Source of the DNA: Desulfobacterales bacterium
GTDB taxonomy: Bacteria > Desulfobacterota > Desulfobacteria > Desulfobacterales > UBA2245
Reading direction: 5' to 3'
DNA: 64,000 nucleotides
NCBI GenBank assembly: GCA_040771865.1
Contig: JAXGZF010000005.1
Coordinates: forward strand, 248,001-312,000
Shown here: in pieces, positions 39,271-49,299 of the stretch
Position numbering within the stretch: position 1 is the first letter of the stretch
Layout of the letters: every line of letters begins with the position of its first letter
The notes under the pieces: generated by a model
What the model saw: only the letters and a program-made list of their open reading frames with translations
Told to the model about the DNA's origin: nothing
Databases searched by the model: none
Translations under genes and position numbers: made by a program

Positions 39271-39879
39271 TTATTCCATAAAGTCGATTTTACCCAGACC
39301 TTCCCGAATGACCTCGGGTTCGTCGCTGATCAGTGAGATCACGCTGGATGGCTCCGCGGGAACGGTTCCGCCGTCGATGATCAGGTCAAGCCGCTTGCCG
39401 AAGTTGTCTTCGATCAGATAGGGGTCATTTAATATGGAGCCGTCGGGTAGGGTTGCGCTGGTCGTGAGAATCGGAGAACCCAGTGTTTCCACAAGTGCCA
39501 TGCAGATCGCATGGTCAGGTACGCGGATGCCCGCGGTTTTGCGTTTGGTCAGCATGATCTTGGGCACCAGTTTGGAGCCTTCCAGAATGAATGTGTACGG
39601 GCCCGGCAGAAGCCGCTTCATGGTTTTGTAGGCATAGTTGGATACTTTCGCATAGTCGCTGATGTTCTTGAGCCCGGAACAGATGAAGCTGAAGGGTTTG
39701 TTCTTGTCCCGGTGCTTGATCAGATAGATCCTCTCAATGGCTTTTTTATTCATGATGTCGCATCCGATGCCGTAGTAAGTGTCGGTCGGGTAAGCGATGA
39801 CCCCGCCGCGTTGCAGGATTTCCACTGCTTTTCGAATCAGTCTCATTTGAGGATTCTGGGAATTGATTTGAACGATCAT
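39271..39879 (-). CDS. Sua5/YrdC/YciO family protein (YciO-like)
   Basis: GGVIAYPTDTYYGIGC, LLPGPYTFIL, GIRVPD, IREGLG. Confidence 0.9.
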   Translation of the reverse strand: MIVQINSQNPQMRLIRKAVEILQRGGVIAYPTDTYYGIGCDIMNKKAIERIYLIKHRDKNKPFSFICSGLKNISDYAKVSNYAYKTMKRLLPGPYTFILEGSKLVPKIMLTKRKTAGIRVPDHAICMALVETLGSPILTTSATLPDGSILNDPYLIEDNFGKRLDLIIDGGTVPAEPSSVISLISDEPEVIREGLGKIDFME

Positions 39880-40111
39880 GCCCGGTTCCGGTTGAATTCA
39901 TGGAAATATTTAATATTTTTTAATTTGTATTATGGGTTTCGATTCCTTGTCAAGGTCAATAAAACATTGCGAAAGCCTATGGCATTTGCTATTCGATACG
40001 GATATATTTGGTATTGTTTTTCCGCGAGCGCAGGGTTTCCATACAATGGTGCCTTATGGCCGATTGTAATGAAATGGCCCCATACAAACGGATCGTTGTC
40101 CGGAGGAAGAT

Positions 40112-41575
40112 ATGACAAATTTTTCACTCGAAGAAGCGTATTCATTTGACGATGTACTGCTGCTTCCATGCTTTTCGGCGGTTTTGCCCAGGGACGTGAA
40201 CGTCAGGACCCAGCTGACTAGAAATATTTCTTTACAGATACCGATTGTCAGCGCGGCGATGGATACGGTGACCGAGGCCAGAACCTCCATCAGCATGGCG
40301 CGAGCCGGCGGTCTGGGGTTCATTCACCGCAACATGAGCATCGAGGATCAGGCCCGGGAGGTGGATCAGGTTAAGAAATCCGAGAGCGGTATGATTATCG
40401 ATCCGGTAACGATTCATCCGGACGAGACGGTTCGTCAGGTTCTGGATCTGATGGCCCGTTACCGCATTTCCGGCGTTCCCGTGACCCGTGGGGATCAGCT
40501 GGTGGGAATCGTTACCAACCGCGATCTTCGGTTTGAAACCGATCTGGACAAGAAGGTCTCCGATGTAATGACCAAGGATAACCTGGTAACCGTATCCGAA
40601 GGAATCAATCTGGAGGAGAGCAAGAAACTGCTTCACAAGCACCGGATTGAAAAGCTTCTGGTGGTGGACCAGCAGGGGCGTCTCAGGGGCATGATTACCA
40701 TCAAGGATATCGAAAAGATAAAAAAATTTCCGGATGCTTCCAAAGACTCCATGGGCCGTTTGCGCGTCGGCGCCGCCGTGGGGGTCGGGCCGGATATGGA
40801 GGCTCGCGCAGAAGCCCTGCTTCGCGCGGGTGCCGACGTGATTCTAATCGATACCTCGCACGGATATTCCAACAATGTCATGCAGGCCGTCAGAACGCTT
40901 AAATCCACCTTCTCCGGAATCGAACTGATCGCCGGCAATGTGGCCACGTCCGACGGCGCCGAAGCACTGATTAAAGCGGGCGTGGATGCGGTCAAGGTCG
41001 GAATCGGACCCGGTTCGATCTGTACGACCCGAATTGTGGCCGGCGTTGGAGTTCCGCAGCTGACCGCCATCATGAATTGTCGCGAAATATCGCAGAAAAC
41101 CGGGGTTCCTCTGATTGCAGACGGCGGCATCAAGTTTTCCGGAGATATCACCAAGGCGCTGGCCGCCGGCGCTCAAACGGTCATGATCGGTAATCTGCTG
41201 GCCGGCTCCGAAGAGAGCCCGGGGGAGATGATTCTTTATCAGGGCAGAACATACAAGGTCTATCGGGGCATGGGCTCTCTGGAAGCCATGAAGCAGGGCA
41301 GCAAGGACCGCTATTATCAGGGAGAGGAACCTGAAGACGACAAGCTGGTCCCTGAAGGCATCGTGGGCCGTGTGCCGTATACCGGCTCGCTTTCGGTTCA
41401 TTTGTCCCAGCTGATCGGCGGGTTGAAGGCCGGCATGGGATACCTGGGTTGCGCGAGCCTTCAGGAACTCGTGGAAAAGGCGCGTTTTATCAAGATTAGT
41501 GCCGCCGGTCTGAGGGAGAGCCATGTCCACGACGTGATCATCACCAAGGAAGCTCCCAATTACCGCCTGGATTAA
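40112..41575 (+). CDS. guaB: IMP dehydrogenase with CBS pair
   Basis: [53 protein letters not shown]. Confidence 0.98.
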   Translation: MTNFSLEEAYSFDDVLLLPCFSAVLPRDVNVRTQLTRNISLQIPIVSAAMDTVTEARTSISMARAGGLGFIHRNMSIEDQAREVDQVKKSESGMIIDPVTIHPDETVRQVLDLMARYRISGVPVTRGDQLVGIVTNRDLRFETDLDKKVSDVMTKDNLVTVSEGINLEESKKLLHKHRIEKLLVVDQQGRLRGMITIKDIEKIKKFPDASKDSMGRLRVGAAVGVGPDMEARAEALLRAGADVILIDTSHGYSNNVMQAVRTLKSTFSGIELIAGNVATSDGAEALIKAGVDAVKVGIGPGSICTTRIVAGVGVPQLTAIMNCREISQKTGVPLIADGGIKFSGDITKALAAGAQTVMIGNLLAGSEESPGEMILYQGRTYKVYRGMGSLEAMKQGSKDRYYQGEEPEDDKLVPEGIVGRVPYTGSLSVHLSQLIGGLKAGMGYLGCASLQELVEKARFIKISAAGLRESHVHDVIITKEAPNYRLD

Positions 41576-41596
41576 TTCGGATTTCAACGATGAGCT

Positions 41597-44500
41597 ATGA
41601 GTGACTTGACTTCGGGTTTTGTTCATCTGCACGTGCATACGCAGTACAGCCTGCTCGATGGCGCCCTGCGCATCGAATCCATGCTGAAGCGTGCTGGTGA
41701 ATATGGAATGAAGGCTGTTGCCATTACCGATCACGGCACGATGTTCGGCGTGATGGAGTTTTACGAGGCAGCCTGCCGGGCGGGAATCAAGCCGATCATC
41801 GGATGTGAATGCTATGTGGCGCCCCGGCGTCTGACGGACAAAACGCCTGCGGACGCCAAGGGCCTGTCTCATCTGGTGCTGCTGGCCAGAGACCGGCAGG
41901 GGTATCAAAATCTGTGCAAACTGGCCTCCATCGCGCAACTGGATGGCTTTTACTATCGTCCCCGAATCGACCGGGAAATCCTTCAGACACACAGCGAGGG
42001 TCTGATTGCCCTGTCGGCCTGCCTTCACGGAGAGATTCCCATGGCCATTTCGCAAGGGAACCCGGACAAGGCCGCGGAGGCAGCCCGTTTTTATGCAAAG
42101 TTGTTTGGAGAAGGCAATTTTTATCTAGAACTTCAGAAAAACGGCATTCAGGTTCAGGACGAGGTCAACGAGGTCCTGTGCGACATCGGCCGGAAGCTAT
42201 CCATTCCGCTGGTTGCCACAAACGACTGCCACTATCTGGACAAGGAGGATGTCCGGGCCCATGATGTGCTGCTGTGCATCCAGACCGGCAAGACCGTTCA
42301 CGACGCGGACCGTTTCAAATTCCGGACGGATCAGCTTTATTTCAAATCCCCCGAGCAGATGACCGCCGATCTGGGACGATTTCCCGGCGCAATCGAAAGC
42401 ACTGTCGCAATCGCCAACCGATGCGATGTGGCTTTTGATTTTAAATCCTACCATTTCCCCAAATTTGAAGACGGCTCCGGTTTGCCGCCCGAAACGATTT
42501 TCGAGCGGAAGACTCGAGAGGGATTTGAAAGCATCTGGCGGCAGATCATAGCAAAAAACCCCCAGGCGGATCGAAATGCTTATGAAGAACGTCTGAATTA
42601 CGAGATCGCCATGATCAACCAGATGGGGTTTTCCGGCTATTTTCTGATCGTGGCCGATTTTATCCGGTTTGCAAAGGAAAACGGCGTTCCCGTCGGACCC
42701 GGCCGGGGATCGGCTGCGGGGAGTCTGGTCGCCTATTCCCTTGGAATCACCGATCTGGATCCGCTGGTTCACGGACTGATTTTTGAGCGTTTCCTGAATC
42801 CCGCCCGCATCAGCATGCCGGATATTGACGTGGATTTTTGCATCAACGGCCGGGAAAAGGTGTTTAAATACGTGGTCGACCGATACGGGGGCGGGGATTA
42901 CGTGGCTCAGATCACCACCTTTGGAACACTCAAAACCCGGCTCGTGATCCGCGATGTCGGCCGAGCGCTTGGAATCCCTCTAGCCCAGGTGGACGCCATA
43001 GCCAAAATGGTTCCCGATGTTCTCAATATCGGCCTGGATGCCGCGCTGAAGCAGGAACCCCGCCTGGCTCAGATGGCCGAGGAAAAACCTGAGGTTGCGG
43101 ATCTGATCAGCATATGCCGCGTCCTGGAAGGGCTTACTCGGCATACATCCACCCATGCGGCCGGAGTGGTGATCGCCGACAAACCTCTGGTGGAGTACCT
43201 GCCCCTGTATCGCGGTAAAAAAGGCGAGGTAGTGACCCAGTTCGACATGAAAATCGTTGAAAGAATCGGACTGGTCAAATTCGATTTTCTAGGGTTGAGA
43301 AACCTTACCGTTATTGCGGACACGCTGTCGCTGATTGCCGCTCAGGGGAAAACGCCGCCGGATATGGCCAATCTGGACCTCAATGATCCGGATACCTATC
43401 GGCTGCTTTCGACCGGAGACACGACGGGCGTGTTTCAGCTTGAAAGTTCGGGGATGAAGGATCTGATGATCCGTCTGCGGCCCGAACGATTTGACGAAAT
43501 CACCGCGCTGGTGGCTCTTTACCGCCCCGGACCAATGGGAAGCGGCATGATGGATGATTTTGTCGAACGCAAGCACGGCCGCCGGAAGGTCGAGTATCTT
43601 CTGTCCGAACTGGAGCCGATTTTAAAAGAAACATACGGGGTCATTCTTTACCAGGAGCAGGCGATGAAAATTGCCGGAACCCTGGCCGGCTTCAGCATGG
43701 CCGATGCCGACGGCCTGAGAAAGGCCATGGGGAAAAAACTGCCCGACGTCATGGCCAGGCAGAAGGAGAAATTTGTAGCCGGCGCTGAGAATAACAATAT
43801 TTCGAGAGACAAGGCGGCGACGATTTTTGATCTGATCGAAAAGTTCAGCGGATACGGATTCAACAAGTCCCACAGCGCGGCCTACGCGCTGATCGCTTTT
43901 CAAACCGCCTATCTCAAGGCTCACTTCCCCGTTGAATTCATGGCGGCCCTGCTGACCAGCGAAATGCATTCCACAGACGGGGTGGTCAAATTCATCGGTG
44001 AATGCCGTGATCATGGAATTTCGGTTCTGCCCCCGGATATCAACGAAAGTGGAAAGGTTTTCACCGTTGTCGGATCCGGCATCCGATTCGGTCTGGTGGC
44101 GGTTAAAAACGTGGGGGAAGGGGCTATTGACGCAATTCTCGAATCGCGCAGCCAGGGCAGATTCGGTTCATTATATGAATTTTGCGAGCGTGTGGATTTG
44201 CACAAGGTCAACCGGCGGGTCATTGAAGGGTTGATTAAATGCGGGGCTTTTGATTCCACCGGGTCCCGGCGTTCACAGATGATCTCCGTTCTGGACGATG
44301 CCCTGGATCACGGGCAAAAGGTTCAGAAGGACAAGAACGACCCCCAGATGGGGTTGTTTGACAATGCGGATCAGGACCTGGTGGCCTTGAATATTCCCCC
44401 GCTTCCCGATATTCCCGAATGGGATCCGGCTCAGAAACTCGCATTTGAAAAAGAATCTCTGGGATTTTATATTTCAGGACACCCTCTGGCCAAATACCGC

Positions 44501-45136
44501 GATACGCTGGAGAAATTCACCAATGCCGACTCTCTGACGATCCGGGAAAAAGCCGATGGGGAAAACGTGCGAATCGGGGGGCTTGTGGACCATGTCAAAA
44601 CCATTCAGACTAGAAAAAAGGAGATCATGGGTTTTGTCACTCTGGAAGATCTGAACGGTTCAATAGAGGCGACCGTTTTTTCATCGGTTTTCGCCGCTGC
44701 CCGGGATTTACTGGCGGATGATTCTCCCGTATTGATTCAGGGCCGGATTCAGAAAGAGGAAAACAGCGTCAAACTGCTGGCCGATACCGTGATTTCAATG
44801 GACAGGGCCGAAGAGACCTGGACGGCCAGTATTCATGTGAGAGTGGATGTTTCTCGTGCCGAACGCAAAACCCTTCTTCACATGAAAGAAATCTTCCTTA
44901 AATATCCGGGAACCTGCGATGTCTACATATACCTGAAAGATCCCGGTCGTACGGAGACTGTTGTGAGTTTGCCGGATGACTGCCGGGTCAGGGCAGGAGC
45001 CGAACTGTATCGGGAGATCAACGGTTTGCTGGGCTTTGGCGCCCTGGCGACCCGATGTCGGCCCGTTGCCGACCCGAATCATTTTTCGGCAAAAGGCGAG
45101 AATGCAAAGCGTAGGAGGTTCTCAAATGGCGGATGA
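41597..45136 (+). CDS. dnaE: DNA polymerase III alpha subunit
   Basis: PHP HLHVHTQYSLLDG, GPGRGSAAGS, FERFLNPAR, MPDIDVDF, YGFNKSH; no intein. Confidence 0.98.
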   Translation: MSDLTSGFVHLHVHTQYSLLDGALRIESMLKRAGEYGMKAVAITDHGTMFGVMEFYEAACRAGIKPIIGCECYVAPRRLTDKTPADAKGLSHLVLLARDRQGYQNLCKLASIAQLDGFYYRPRIDREILQTHSEGLIALSACLHGEIPMAISQGNPDKAAEAARFYAKLFGEGNFYLELQKNGIQVQDEVNEVLCDIGRKLSIPLVATNDCHYLDKEDVRAHDVLLCIQTGKTVHDADRFKFRTDQLYFKSPEQMTADLGRFPGAIESTVAIANRCDVAFDFKSYHFPKFEDGSGLPPETIFERKTREGFESIWRQIIAKNPQADRNAYEERLNYEIAMINQMGFSGYFLIVADFIRFAKENGVPVGPGRGSAAGSLVAYSLGITDLDPLVHGLIFERFLNPARISMPDIDVDFCINGREKVFKYVVDRYGGGDYVAQITTFGTLKTRLVIRDVGRALGIPLAQVDAIAKMVPDVLNIGLDAALKQEPRLAQMAEEKPEVADLISICRVLEGLTRHTSTHAAGVVIADKPLVEYLPLYRGKKGEVVTQFDMKIVERIGLVKFDFLGLRNLTVIADTLSLIAAQGKTPPDMANLDLNDPDTYRLLSTGDTTGVFQLESSGMKDLMIRLRPERFDEITALVALYRPGPMGSGMMDDFVERKHGRRKVEYLLSELEPILKETYGVILYQEQAMKIAGTLAGFSMADADGLRKAMGKKLPDVMARQKEKFVAGAENNNISRDKAATIFDLIEKFSGYGFNKSHSAAYALIAFQTAYLKAHFPVEFMAALLTSEMHSTDGVVKFIGECRDHGISVLPPDINESGKVFTVVGSGIRFGLVAVKNVGEGAIDAILESRSQGRFGSLYEFCERVDLHKVNRRVIEGLIKCGAFDSTGSRRSQMISVLDDALDHGQKVQKDKNDPQMGLFDNADQDLVALNIPPLPDIPEWDPAQKLAFEKESLGFYISGHPLAKYRDTLEKFTNADSLTIREKADGENVRIGGLVDHVKTIQTRKKEIMGFVTLEDLNGSIEATVFSSVFAAARDLLADDSPVLIQGRIQKEENSVKLLADTVISMDRAEETWTASIHVRVDVSRAERKTLLHMKEIFLKYPGTCDVYIYLKDPGRTETVVSLPDDCRVRAGAELYREINGLLGFGALATRCRPVADPNHFSAKGENAKRRRFSNGG

Positions 45137-46481
45137 CCAACTGCCGGTTTATGGGGTGTTGCTGGCAGGTGGAAGCGGAACCCGCTTGTGGCCGGTTTCC
45201 AGGGAAAGGCAACCCAAGCAGTTGGTAAAGTTTATCGGCGGGGATTCGCTGGTGCAAAACACGATCAGGCGGTTGGTGCCGGTCTTCGAATCCGAACGGA
45301 TGAGAATTGTCTGCGGCCGTGAGCATGCGCATGAGATGGCACGCCACATGGAGCGGATCGGCGTCAGCCCGGAGGGCAGGATTATTTCCGAACCCTGCGG
45401 CCGCAATACGGCCCCGGCCGTTTTGCTGGCGCTGTTCCACATCCTCAGGCAGGAACCGGATGCGGTGGTATGCATATTTCCGGCCGATCATGCGATATCG
45501 GATGTGAACGGTTTCCATCAACGGCTTGCATCGGCTATTTCTCTGGCGCGGCGGGGATATATCGTCACCTTCGGCATCATACCGCATTGCCCGGAGACCG
45601 GGTACGGATATATCGAAACCGGCGCCCGCATTGAAGAGGGAGCGGCAAAGGTCCGGCGGTTTGTCGAAAAACCGGATCGCAAAACGGCGCAGACCTATAT
45701 CGATTCTGGAAAGTTTTTCTGGAACAGCGGCATGTTCGCGTTTAAGGCCACGGTAATGATGGATGAGTTTCAGCGCCATTGCCCGGAGCTTTTTGAAAAG
45801 ATGCGGTCGGCGATAGAGAACGGAGGCACGTCCGATGCCGTCTATGCCGGTCTTTCGGGTATTTCGATTGACTGTGCGATTATGGAAAAGACGGAAAAGG
45901 CCGTGGTCCTGGCTTCTGACTTCGGCTGGAGTGACATCGGATCCTGGAAATCCCTGTATGATTTTCTGCCGAAGGATGAGAACCGGAATGTTTTAAGCGG
46001 CGATGTGATTTCAAAAGATACCCGGGGATGTCTGATCCGCGGCGATCAACGTTTGATTGCAACCCATCATGTCTCGGACCTGGTGGTTGTGGAAACCCTG
46101 GATTGTGTGTTCGTTTCCGGAATGGAAGAAAGCCGGGATGTCAAAGAGATCGTGGAGGCTCTGAAACAGAGAGATCGCCGGGAATATCACGTTCATGCCA
46201 CCGAGTTTATGCCTTGGGGGAGTCGGACCATGGTGAATGAGAGCGAATCCGTCACGATCCTTCGCCTGGTGATTGATCCGGGGGCTTCGATCCGCATGGA
46301 GGCCCAGGCTGCCTCCCTGGTTCATATGATAGTTGCCGAAGGAACGGTTCAGTTTAAGATAGCCCACTCCGAGCGGGTGCTGACCAAGGGGCAGAACGCC
46401 AGCTTTGTCGGAACTACTCCGGTTTTTGTTTCAAACCGTCAAAAGGGTCCTGCAAGTATCCTTCAGGTTGAGATTCGATGA
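45126..46481 (+). CDS. manC: Mannose-1-phosphate guanylyltransferase with C-terminal cupin (ManC-like)
   Basis: LAGGSGTRLWPVSR..PKQ, EPCGRNTAPA, FPADH, ETGYGYI, FVEKP, WNSGMF, WSDIGSW. Confidence 0.9.
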   Translation: MADDQLPVYGVLLAGGSGTRLWPVSRERQPKQLVKFIGGDSLVQNTIRRLVPVFESERMRIVCGREHAHEMARHMERIGVSPEGRIISEPCGRNTAPAVLLALFHILRQEPDAVVCIFPADHAISDVNGFHQRLASAISLARRGYIVTFGIIPHCPETGYGYIETGARIEEGAAKVRRFVEKPDRKTAQTYIDSGKFFWNSGMFAFKATVMMDEFQRHCPELFEKMRSAIENGGTSDAVYAGLSGISIDCAIMEKTEKAVVLASDFGWSDIGSWKSLYDFLPKDENRNVLSGDVISKDTRGCLIRGDQRLIATHHVSDLVVVETLDCVFVSGMEESRDVKEIVEALKQRDRREYHVHATEFMPWGSRTMVNESESVTILRLVIDPGASIRMEAQAASLVHMIVAEGTVQFKIAHSERVLTKGQNASFVGTTPVFVSNRQKGPASILQVEIR

Positions 46482-46519
46482 GCAGGACCGTGCTGATGAA
46501 TTCCTTATGAAAGTCAAAT

Positions 46520-47659
46520 ATGATGAAAGTGCCTTTGTTGGATTTGAAACCGCAATACCGTCTGCTTAAAGAAGAAATCCTCAGCGTGACCGAGGAGATT
46601 TACGAAAGCCAGCAGTTTATTCTGGGACCCTGGGTGCAGCGGCTGGAAACGCGGATTGCATCCTATTGCCAAAGCGCTCATGCGGTAGGCGTTTCCTCGG
46701 GCAGTGATGCTTTGCTGCTCTGCCTGATGGCCTGCGGCGTCGGACCGGGTCATGATGTGCTCACCACCCCCTACACATTCTTTGCTACCGCCGGATCCGT
46801 GGCCAGGACCGGAGCTAGACCCGTATTCGTCGATATCGATCCGGAGACATACAACATCAATCCGGAACAACTGGCAATTCAGATTGACCGCATGACGGAT
46901 TCGGAGCGCAGTCGCCTGCGGGCCGTTATACCGGTTCACCTGTACGGCCAGTGTGCCGAGATGGCGCCGATTGTTCAGATAGCCCGACAGAACCACCTGG
47001 TGGTTATCGAGGATGCCGCCCAGGCCATCGGCGCCGAATATCAGGGACATCGCGCTGGATCCATCGGGGATTTCGGATGTTTTTCATTTTTTCCGTCCAA
47101 AAATCTGGGCGCTTTCGGAGACGGGGGCATTGTCACCACCCAGGATGCAGAGCGGTTCCAACGACTTTCGACCCTTCGGAACCATGGTGCCCAGCAGAAA
47201 TACTACCACCAGTTTATCGGCGGCAATTTCCGGCTCGACGCGCTTCAGGCGGCAGTCGTATCGATCAAACTCAAGTATCTGGATGCCTGGACCTGGAAGC
47301 GGCAGCAAAACGCGGTTCGGTACCGGGAGCTTTTTGATTCCGCCGGGCTGATGGATCAGGTTCGGCTTCCTCTGGAAAATCAAAGCCGGCATATTTACAA
47401 CCAGTTCGTGATCCGGGTTTCCGAACGACGGGATGAATTGCGCGGATTTTTATCCGAAGCGGATGTTGGAAACGAGATCTATTATCCTGTGCCGCTACAT
47501 CTGCAGGCGTGCTTTTCAGATCTTGGATACAGGCCCGGAGATTTTCCCGAGTCCGAAAAAGCCGCTCAATGCACCCTGGCCCTTCCGATTTATCCCGATC
47601 TGACCGAAGATCAGCAGGCCTATGTGGTGGACCGGATAAGAGCATTTTACAAGGGATGA
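46520..47659 (+). CDS. DegT/DnrJ/EryC1/StrS sugar aminotransferase (WbpE-like)
   Basis: PVHLYGQ, IEDAAQAIGA, SFFPSKNLGAFGDGG, GGNFRLDALQAA. Confidence 0.92.
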   Translation: MMKVPLLDLKPQYRLLKEEILSVTEEIYESQQFILGPWVQRLETRIASYCQSAHAVGVSSGSDALLLCLMACGVGPGHDVLTTPYTFFATAGSVARTGARPVFVDIDPETYNINPEQLAIQIDRMTDSERSRLRAVIPVHLYGQCAEMAPIVQIARQNHLVVIEDAAQAIGAEYQGHRAGSIGDFGCFSFFPSKNLGAFGDGGIVTTQDAERFQRLSTLRNHGAQQKYYHQFIGGNFRLDALQAAVVSIKLKYLDAWTWKRQQNAVRYRELFDSAGLMDQVRLPLENQSRHIYNQFVIRVSERRDELRGFLSEADVGNEIYYPVPLHLQACFSDLGYRPGDFPESEKAAQCTLALPIYPDLTEDQQAYVVDRIRAFYKG

Positions 47660-47763
47660 GTCCGAAAGCAAATAGACCGCTTTTGTCCTGAATCGAAAAA
47701 ATCAAATCCTGGAAGAAGGTGTTCGCCGGTCGATCGGAACGCGGCAGAATGCAAAGAGCAAAT

Positions 47764-48750
47764 TTATCCGTGTTTTTCAAACGCCCTGCGGGCCTCGTTT
47801 TGCAGGGCGCTTTCATTGCCGAAATAGCGCGGCGAAAAGTGGAACACCTCCAGCCGTCTGACGCCAGCTTGAGCCGCAAGCATTCCCGCCTGAGCGGCGG
47901 TAAGGTGAAATTTATTCTTCGCTTGCGGCAGGTCCGCTTCCAGGAAGGCGGCCTCGATAAACAGGACGTCCGAATTCCGGGTCAGCGCGATGATTTTATC
48001 GGCATTATCGGCATGAAAGCCCGCATCAGCCACATAGGATATCTTCTGCCCCCTCGAGATGAGGGCAATTTTTTCGGCAAGTGCTTTGATACAGAAAGGT
48101 TTGACCTGCCCGGGAGCCCGAATCTCGTCGGCCGTGTTTCCATTGTAGAGCGCCTGTTTAAAATCCTGAAGCCAGGGACCGGTTGAAAGCCCCATGGCCG
48201 CCAGGACCTCCTTGCGAATATTGACATGAAAATGTTCCTCCAGGCTGAAGCCGAGACAGGGAATCTGATGATCGAGAATCGTTGTTGAGACCGAAAAACC
48301 GGTTTCCTTTAAGAGCGTTCCGTTAAAATCCGATCGAACTTCACTGTCTGACGCAAAACGCCTGTCGCTGGAATACCTTCGCGTGATCCGGTGTTTTTCG
48401 TGAATCTCTGCGACAAACAGGTTCAGAATGTTTTCATACCCGTTCACCAGGTTCCAGGCGTAGCCGGCGAGTTTTCCTTCCACATTTTTGAGAAACCCTT
48501 CCGGTCCATAAAGATAAAGGTCTTTTCGGCGGCCCAGGCAGAGTCTCAGTAAACGGTCAAAACCGTTGAAATGGTCCATGTGGGCATGGGTGACAAAGAC
48601 GTGCGAAATCTTGAGCGCTTCGCGTGCGGACAGAGCATGAATGTCGCCCAGATCGAACATCAGGGCTCTGCGGTCGAAGAGAAATGGAATATAAAGTCCG
48701 GGATCATCAAAGGGGCCGTTGACCGGCCGAGGGTGAAACAACGGGCGCAT
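47764..48750 (-). CDS. Ribonuclease Z-like metallo-beta-lactamase fold hydrolase
   Basis: THAHMDH (HxHxDH), LDHQIPCLG, HLTA, FHFSPRY. Confidence 0.85.
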   Translation of the reverse strand: MRPLFHPRPVNGPFDDPGLYIPFLFDRRALMFDLGDIHALSAREALKISHVFVTHAHMDHFNGFDRLLRLCLGRRKDLYLYGPEGFLKNVEGKLAGYAWNLVNGYENILNLFVAEIHEKHRITRRYSSDRRFASDSEVRSDFNGTLLKETGFSVSTTILDHQIPCLGFSLEEHFHVNIRKEVLAAMGLSTGPWLQDFKQALYNGNTADEIRAPGQVKPFCIKALAEKIALISRGQKISYVADAGFHADNADKIIALTRNSDVLFIEAAFLEADLPQAKNKFHLTAAQAGMLAAQAGVRRLEVFHFSPRYFGNESALQNEARRAFEKHG

Positions 48751-49172
48751 TATTCGGGGATGAATTTTTTGACCTGCTGATTGATGCAATAATAGATTTC
48801 TTCGTCAGATCCGAAAATATCAACAATATCCTTGTGGCTGATCAGTTTTTCAACAACAAAAGCCGTCAGATACAAACCGACGATATTCGGGTTGGGAACC
48901 AGATTTCTGTAGGGCGCCACCTGATAATCAATATCGAAATCGTCCGAACGCGTCAGCTTTTCAAGACATAAGCCGATCTGTTCTTCAATGGCGTTTTTGT
49001 TGACGGTTTCAATCAGACCAGATTCAATCAGCTTCATGGCCACGGCATTGCTCAGCGAGTCCTGGCAATCCCGAACGCTGTTGATGGCTTTCCGGCGCAT
49101 ATGCTCCTTGGAGGATTCAATCTTTGACAAAATACTTGATTCTCGCGTGCTCGGCCGAAAAACCTTTGCCAT
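48750..49172 (-). CDS. Conserved hypothetical protein
   Basis: 140-aa ORF from ATG 49172; stop overlaps the next start (TAATG). Confidence 0.75.
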   Translation of the reverse strand: MAKVFRPSTRESSILSKIESSKEHMRRKAINSVRDCQDSLSNAVAMKLIESGLIETVNKNAIEEQIGLCLEKLTRSDDFDIDYQVAPYRNLVPNPNIVGLYLTAFVVEKLISHKDIVDIFGSDEEIYYCINQQVKKFIPE

Positions 49173-49299
49173 AAAACGAACCTTTTTGTGTATTAAGAGG
49201 ATTAAAGAACCGCAATTTTTTCCCGTGGCATCATAAGTTCCGAGAATGCAAAATGCAAGAAAAATATTCGGCTGGCGCAACTATTGCAGCCTGTCTGAA

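Noticed and set aside
40844..42055. 403-aa antisense ORF over guaB/dnaE
   Set aside because: Shadow of two conserved genes
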